Shown here in pieces: positions 60,694 through 64,000 of a stretch of 64,000 nucleotides of DNA. Origin of the DNA: an uncultured beta proteobacterium (GTDB taxonomy: Bacteria; Pseudomonadota; Gammaproteobacteria; Burkholderiales; Rhodocyclaceae); contig CAWGLO010000002.1 of the NCBI GenBank assembly GCA_963823455.1, positions 590,706-654,705 on the forward strand, in the 5' to 3' direction. Each line of letters opens with the position of its first letter. Positions within the stretch are counted from its first letter, which is position 1. The notes beneath the pieces are model-generated. The model was not told where the DNA came from. It ran no database searches and saw only the letters and a list, made by a program, of their open reading frames with translations. The position numbers were made by a program, and so were the translations under genes.

Positions 60694-61329
60694 ATGCGGT
60701 CCATCCTCGTCGCCAACCCCAAAGGCGGTTCCGGCAAGACCACGCTGGCGACCAACCTGGCCGGCCATCTGGCGCGCGCCGGGCGGCGCGTGATGCTGGG
60801 CGACATCGATCGCCTGCAGGCGGCGCAGCAGTGGCTGCGGCTGCGCCCCCTGGGCCTGCCCGCGATCCGCGGCTGGGAGGTGGATCGCTCCGATCCCGGC
60901 AAGCTGGCGCGTCCGCCCAGGGACACCACCCACGCCGTGCTCGACTCGCCCGCCGGACTCCACGGCAAGAAGCTTGCCGCCGTGCTGAAGCGGGTGACGC
61001 AGGTGCTGGTGCCGCTGCAGCCTTCGCTGTTCGACATCCTCGCCACCGGCGGCTTTCTCGACGCCCTGGCGCAGGAGAAGGCGATCCGCCAGGGCGAGAT
61101 CCGGGTGGCCATCGTCGGCATGCGCGTCGATCCGCGCACCCGCTCCGCCCACGAGCTGGAGCGCTTCCTGGAAAACTACGATCTGCCGGTGCTGACCTAT
61201 CTGCGCGACACGCAGCTCTACGTCCAGGCCGCGGCCCACGGCCTGACCCTGTTCGACCTGCCGCCCTCGCGCGCGGAGAAGGACCTGGAACAGTGGCAGG
61301 CGATCATCGACTGGATCGACGCGGCATAG
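60694..61329 (+). CDS. orphan ParA-like ATPase (211 aa)
   Basis: MRSILVANPKGGSGKTTLATNLAG (deviant Walker A) and VLDSPAG. No partner gene. Confidence 0.8.
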   Translation: MRSILVANPKGGSGKTTLATNLAGHLARAGRRVMLGDIDRLQAAQQWLRLRPLGLPAIRGWEVDRSDPGKLARPPRDTTHAVLDSPAGLHGKKLAAVLKRVTQVLVPLQPSLFDILATGGFLDALAQEKAIRQGEIRVAIVGMRVDPRTRSAHELERFLENYDLPVLTYLRDTQLYVQAAAHGLTLFDLPPSRAEKDLEQWQAIIDWIDAA

Positions 61330-61348
61330 GACGGGACGCCGCCGGGAT

Positions 61349-61561
61349 TCAGCGCCTCTCCGCCTCCTCGATCGACTTGCGCTGGGCTTCGGCCTGGTCG
61401 GCCAGGGTCTGCTCCACGCCTTTGGCCTTGTCCAGCGCCTTGAGCTGGGGGTCGAACACGCCGGGCGCGGCGGCGGCCGGTTTTTGCGGCGGCGGGGAAG
61501 GGAGTTGACCGCAGGCGGCGAGAAGGAGCGCTGCAAGGATCGGAAGGGAAAAACGATGCAT
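61349..61561 (-). CDS. small lipoprotein (70 aa)
   Basis: MHRFSLPILAALLLAACG lipobox. ATG at 61561 verified. Confidence 0.5.
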   Translation of the reverse strand: MHRFSLPILAALLLAACGQLPSPPPQKPAAAAPGVFDPQLKALDKAKGVEQTLADQAEAQRKSIEEAERR

Positions 61562-61684
61562 CGGGAACGGACTCCGGGCTGGGCGGCAGCGATGGAATCT
61601 ACGCGGCCGCGGAAATCGGGTCAATCCGTCGCCGCCGGATCGGCGCTCGGCTATGCTCCCGCGCTGAACGGAAAGGAGGACGCA

Positions 61685-62635
61685 GTGCGCACGTTTTTGT
61701 TTCTGTTTGCCTGGCTCGCGGCCGCATCGTCGTCGGCCGCGGAATCCCCGGCCACGGTGCCGATGCAGGCGCTGCGGGTGGGCGAGCACACCTGGTACGT
61801 GCAGGGCCAGACCGGCGCCGTTTCGGCCGAGAATCAGGGCTTCATGTCCAACGCCGGCTTCGTCGTCACGGATGAAGGCGTGCTGGTGGTGGACGCCCTG
61901 GGCACGCGGCCGCTGGCGCGCAAGCTCCTGGAATTGATCCGCCGCGTGACCGACAAGCCGATCAAGATCGTCGTCGTCACCCACTACCATGCCGACCACT
62001 ACTACGGCCTGCAGGTGTTCGAGGAGGCCGGCGCCAAGATCTGGGCGCACGAGCGCGGCCAGGACGTGCTGCGCTCGGACGGCGTGCAGGAGCGCCTGAA
62101 GCAGCGGCGCGAAGCGCTGGCGCCGTGGATCGGCGATGACTTCCGCATCGTCCCGGCGCACGTCTGGCTGGCCGGCGACACCGACTTCATTTTCGGCGGC
62201 CTGCATTTCCTGCTGCGCCACGTCGGGCCCGCGCATTCGGCGGAGGACATGGCGCTGCTGGTGGTGGAAGACCTGGTGCTGTTCGCCGGCGATCTGGTGT
62301 TCAAGGACCGCGTGCCCTTCGTCGGCGACGCCGACAGCCGCGCCTGGCTCGGCTCGCTGGACAAGCTGACCGCGCTGCGGCCGCAAGTGCTGGTGCCGGG
62401 CCACGGCGCCCACTCCGATCAGCCGGCCCAGGACCTGAAGCTCACCCGCGACTACCTCCTCCACCTGCGCGCCCGCATGGGCAAGGCGGTGGCCGAATTC
62501 ACGCCCTTCGACGAGGCCTACGCCAAGACCGACTGGTCCGAGTTCGAAACCCTGCCGGCCTTCGCCGACGCCAACCGGCGCAACGCCTACAACACCTACC
62601 TGCTGCTGGAGCGGGAGGCGCTGGAGAAGAAATAG
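61685..62635 (+). CDS. MBL-fold metallo-hydrolase with signal peptide (GTG start)
   Basis: The HYHADH motif and later PGHG. GTG at 61685 is preceded by AAGGAGGA. Confidence 0.8.
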   Translation: MRTFLFLFAWLAAASSSAAESPATVPMQALRVGEHTWYVQGQTGAVSAENQGFMSNAGFVVTDEGVLVVDALGTRPLARKLLELIRRVTDKPIKIVVVTHYHADHYYGLQVFEEAGAKIWAHERGQDVLRSDGVQERLKQRREALAPWIGDDFRIVPAHVWLAGDTDFIFGGLHFLLRHVGPAHSAEDMALLVVEDLVLFAGDLVFKDRVPFVGDADSRAWLGSLDKLTALRPQVLVPGHGAHSDQPAQDLKLTRDYLLHLRARMGKAVAEFTPFDEAYAKTDWSEFETLPAFADANRRNAYNTYLLLEREALEKK

Positions 62636-62642
62636 CTAACGG

Positions 62643-62761
62643 TCATGGAACGCCGGCCACCCCGAAATAGTGAAAGGCCTCGCCATGACCGTTTCCCTCA
62701 CCCCCAGCCCCTCTCCCGGCGGGCGAGGGAAGCTTCGAGAGTCGCTGGCGCGACTTTCACG
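62643..62761 (+). repeat. full-length copy (119 nt) of MITE-like palindromic repeat family 1
   Basis: See 37764-37882. Terminal GTGAAAG...CTTTCAC inverted ends. Ends immediately before the LysR gene stop codon (62762-62764). Confidence 0.8.
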
Positions 62762-63718
62762 TTAACCGCGTCGCAGTTTCACGCCTGCCGCCCGGTTCGG
62801 TGCCACGGGCGGCGGCAGGCCGAGCAGGGCGCGCCGCAGGGACTCCTCCTGCAGCCGCTCCACCAGCCAGTCGAGAGCCTTGCCCCGGTGCTCGTGGCGC
62901 CACGCCAGGTGCATGGGCGCGTCCGGCTTCGGCTCCGCCACCTCGCGCAGCACCAGGCGTCCGGCTGCGGCCTCGCCGCGGGCGATGCGCGCCGGCAGGT
63001 AGCCGACGCCGATTCCCGCCACCTGAGCCGCCACCTTGGCCGCCAGATCGGGCACCGTGAGCACGTCCTGGCCCGAGAGCAGGCCGCTGCTGCGCGCCAG
63101 CAACTGGCGCGACGTGTCGGCCAGGGCGACCGCGCGATGCTGCTGGATGAGGCTGGGCGCGATCGGTTCCGCGGCCACCGCCAGGGGGTGGCCGGGCGCC
63201 ACGGCGAACACGAACTCCGCGGTGCCGAAAGGCCGCGTCTTGAAGCCGCCGCCGGAGGGCGGGTCGCCCGGGGCGCCGATGGCGAGGTCGGCGCGCCCGG
63301 TCTGCAGGGCATCCCAGCAGCCTCCCAGCACCTCGTAGGACAGGCGCAGGCGCGTGCCGGAGGGCTGGCGATAGAACTCTTCCAGCAGCGGCAGCAGCGC
63401 CGCGCAGTCGATGATGGCATCCACCGCGATGCGCAGTTCGCTCTCCCAGCCGGTGGCCACGCGCTTGACCCGGCACTCCAGGTCGCCCGCGGCGCGCAGC
63501 AGGTGGCGCCCTTCGTCGAGCAGCATGCGGCCCGCCGGCGTCAGCAGGGCGCGACGTCCCTGGCGCACGTAGAGGACGACGCCGAGGTCCTCTTCCAGTT
63601 TCTTCACGGCGTGGGTGAGGGCGGAGGGAACCCGGAACAGGGCCTGGGCAGCGGCGGCGAAGCTGCCGCGGGCGTCGATGGCGTCCAGGATCTGCAGCGC
63701 TTCGAGGGAAATCTTCAT
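62762..63718 (-). CDS. LysR-family transcriptional regulator
   Basis: The N-terminal wHTH LQILDAIDARGSFAAAAQALFRVPSALTHAVKKLEEDLG. 318 aa. Confidence 0.9.
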   Translation of the reverse strand: MKISLEALQILDAIDARGSFAAAAQALFRVPSALTHAVKKLEEDLGVVLYVRQGRRALLTPAGRMLLDEGRHLLRAAGDLECRVKRVATGWESELRIAVDAIIDCAALLPLLEEFYRQPSGTRLRLSYEVLGGCWDALQTGRADLAIGAPGDPPSGGGFKTRPFGTAEFVFAVAPGHPLAVAAEPIAPSLIQQHRAVALADTSRQLLARSSGLLSGQDVLTVPDLAAKVAAQVAGIGVGYLPARIARGEAAAGRLVLREVAEPKPDAPMHLAWRHEHRGKALDWLVERLQEESLRRALLGLPPPVAPNRAAGVKLRRG

Positions 63719-63838
63719 GTTGAAAAAAATTGAACGATCACATCAAAAATCGTCGCTTTTATGTCGAGTGCTCCGCCCCTATTATGGATCATGACGTTGA
63801 ACACCGTTCATCGAAATCTTCGAACACAGGAGGCAAAC
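63719..63838. promoter_or_regulatory. divergent LysR/pirin control region with TTGAAC-containing dyads
   Basis: TTGA-N9-TCAA at 63730-63746 and TGAAC-ACC-GTTCA at 63798-63810. AT-rich compared with the flanks. Confidence 0.3.
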
Positions 63839-64000
63839 ATGGTCGAGATCCGCCGCGCCGGTGACCGCGGCCATGCCAACCACGGCTGGCTGGACACCTA
63901 CCACACCTTCTCGTTCGCCGATTACCACGATCCCGAGCACATGGGCTTCGGCGCCCTGCGCGTCATCAACGAGGACTTCGTGGCGCCCGGCAACGGCTTC
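63839..64000 (+). CDS. pirin-family protein, 3' end outside window
   Basis: [52 protein letters not shown] lies 6-7 nt upstream. Confidence 0.85.
   Translation, partial: MVEIRRAGDRGHANHGWLDTYHTFSFADYHDPEHMGFGALRVINEDFVAPGNGF

Overview
High-GC (~65%) chromosomal segment, probably from a betaproteobacterium; the rpsU-yqeY-dnaG-rpoD and leuS-lptE-holA-proA gene orders fit Rhodocyclales-like genomes, but the taxon is a guess. All calls were made by eye from the ORF track and sequence, with no searches. Most of the window is housekeeping: msrB/msrA, guaC, cspA, glgP, actP-yjcH, one tRNA(CAT), the rpsU-dnaG-rpoD operon, tsaD, plsY, folB, ybaK, xerD, ogt, proA, holA, lptE, leuS, uvrD, maeB and qor. 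Four things stand out. (1) A same-strand cluster at 4.8-12.6 kb encodes a C14 orthocaspase, a ~1,990-aa protein with two serine-lipase domains, a CHAT caspase-fold protease and a helical tail, and a leaderless LysM+M15 murein peptidase. I read it as a candidate protease-gated lysis or anti-phage module, and I cannot match it to a named system. (2) Next to actP, a membrane-anchored pseudo-histidine-kinase fused to a DEDDh exonuclease is paired with a CBS-DUF294 nucleotidyltransferase. (3) There are two GC-rich palindromic repeat families. One is a ~119-bp MITE-like element whose core sits inside the leuS and uvrD coding regions, reminiscent of Rickettsia palindromic elements. (4) Indispensable genes (rpoD, dnaG, leuS, tsaD, plsY and others) carry many frame breaks, clustered in certain blocks. 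These are most likely assembly indels rather than real pseudogenes. Coordinates of broken genes are approximate, and they are typed 'pseudogene' only in the sense 'frame disrupted as assembled'. No rRNA, CRISPR array, integrase or transposase was seen.
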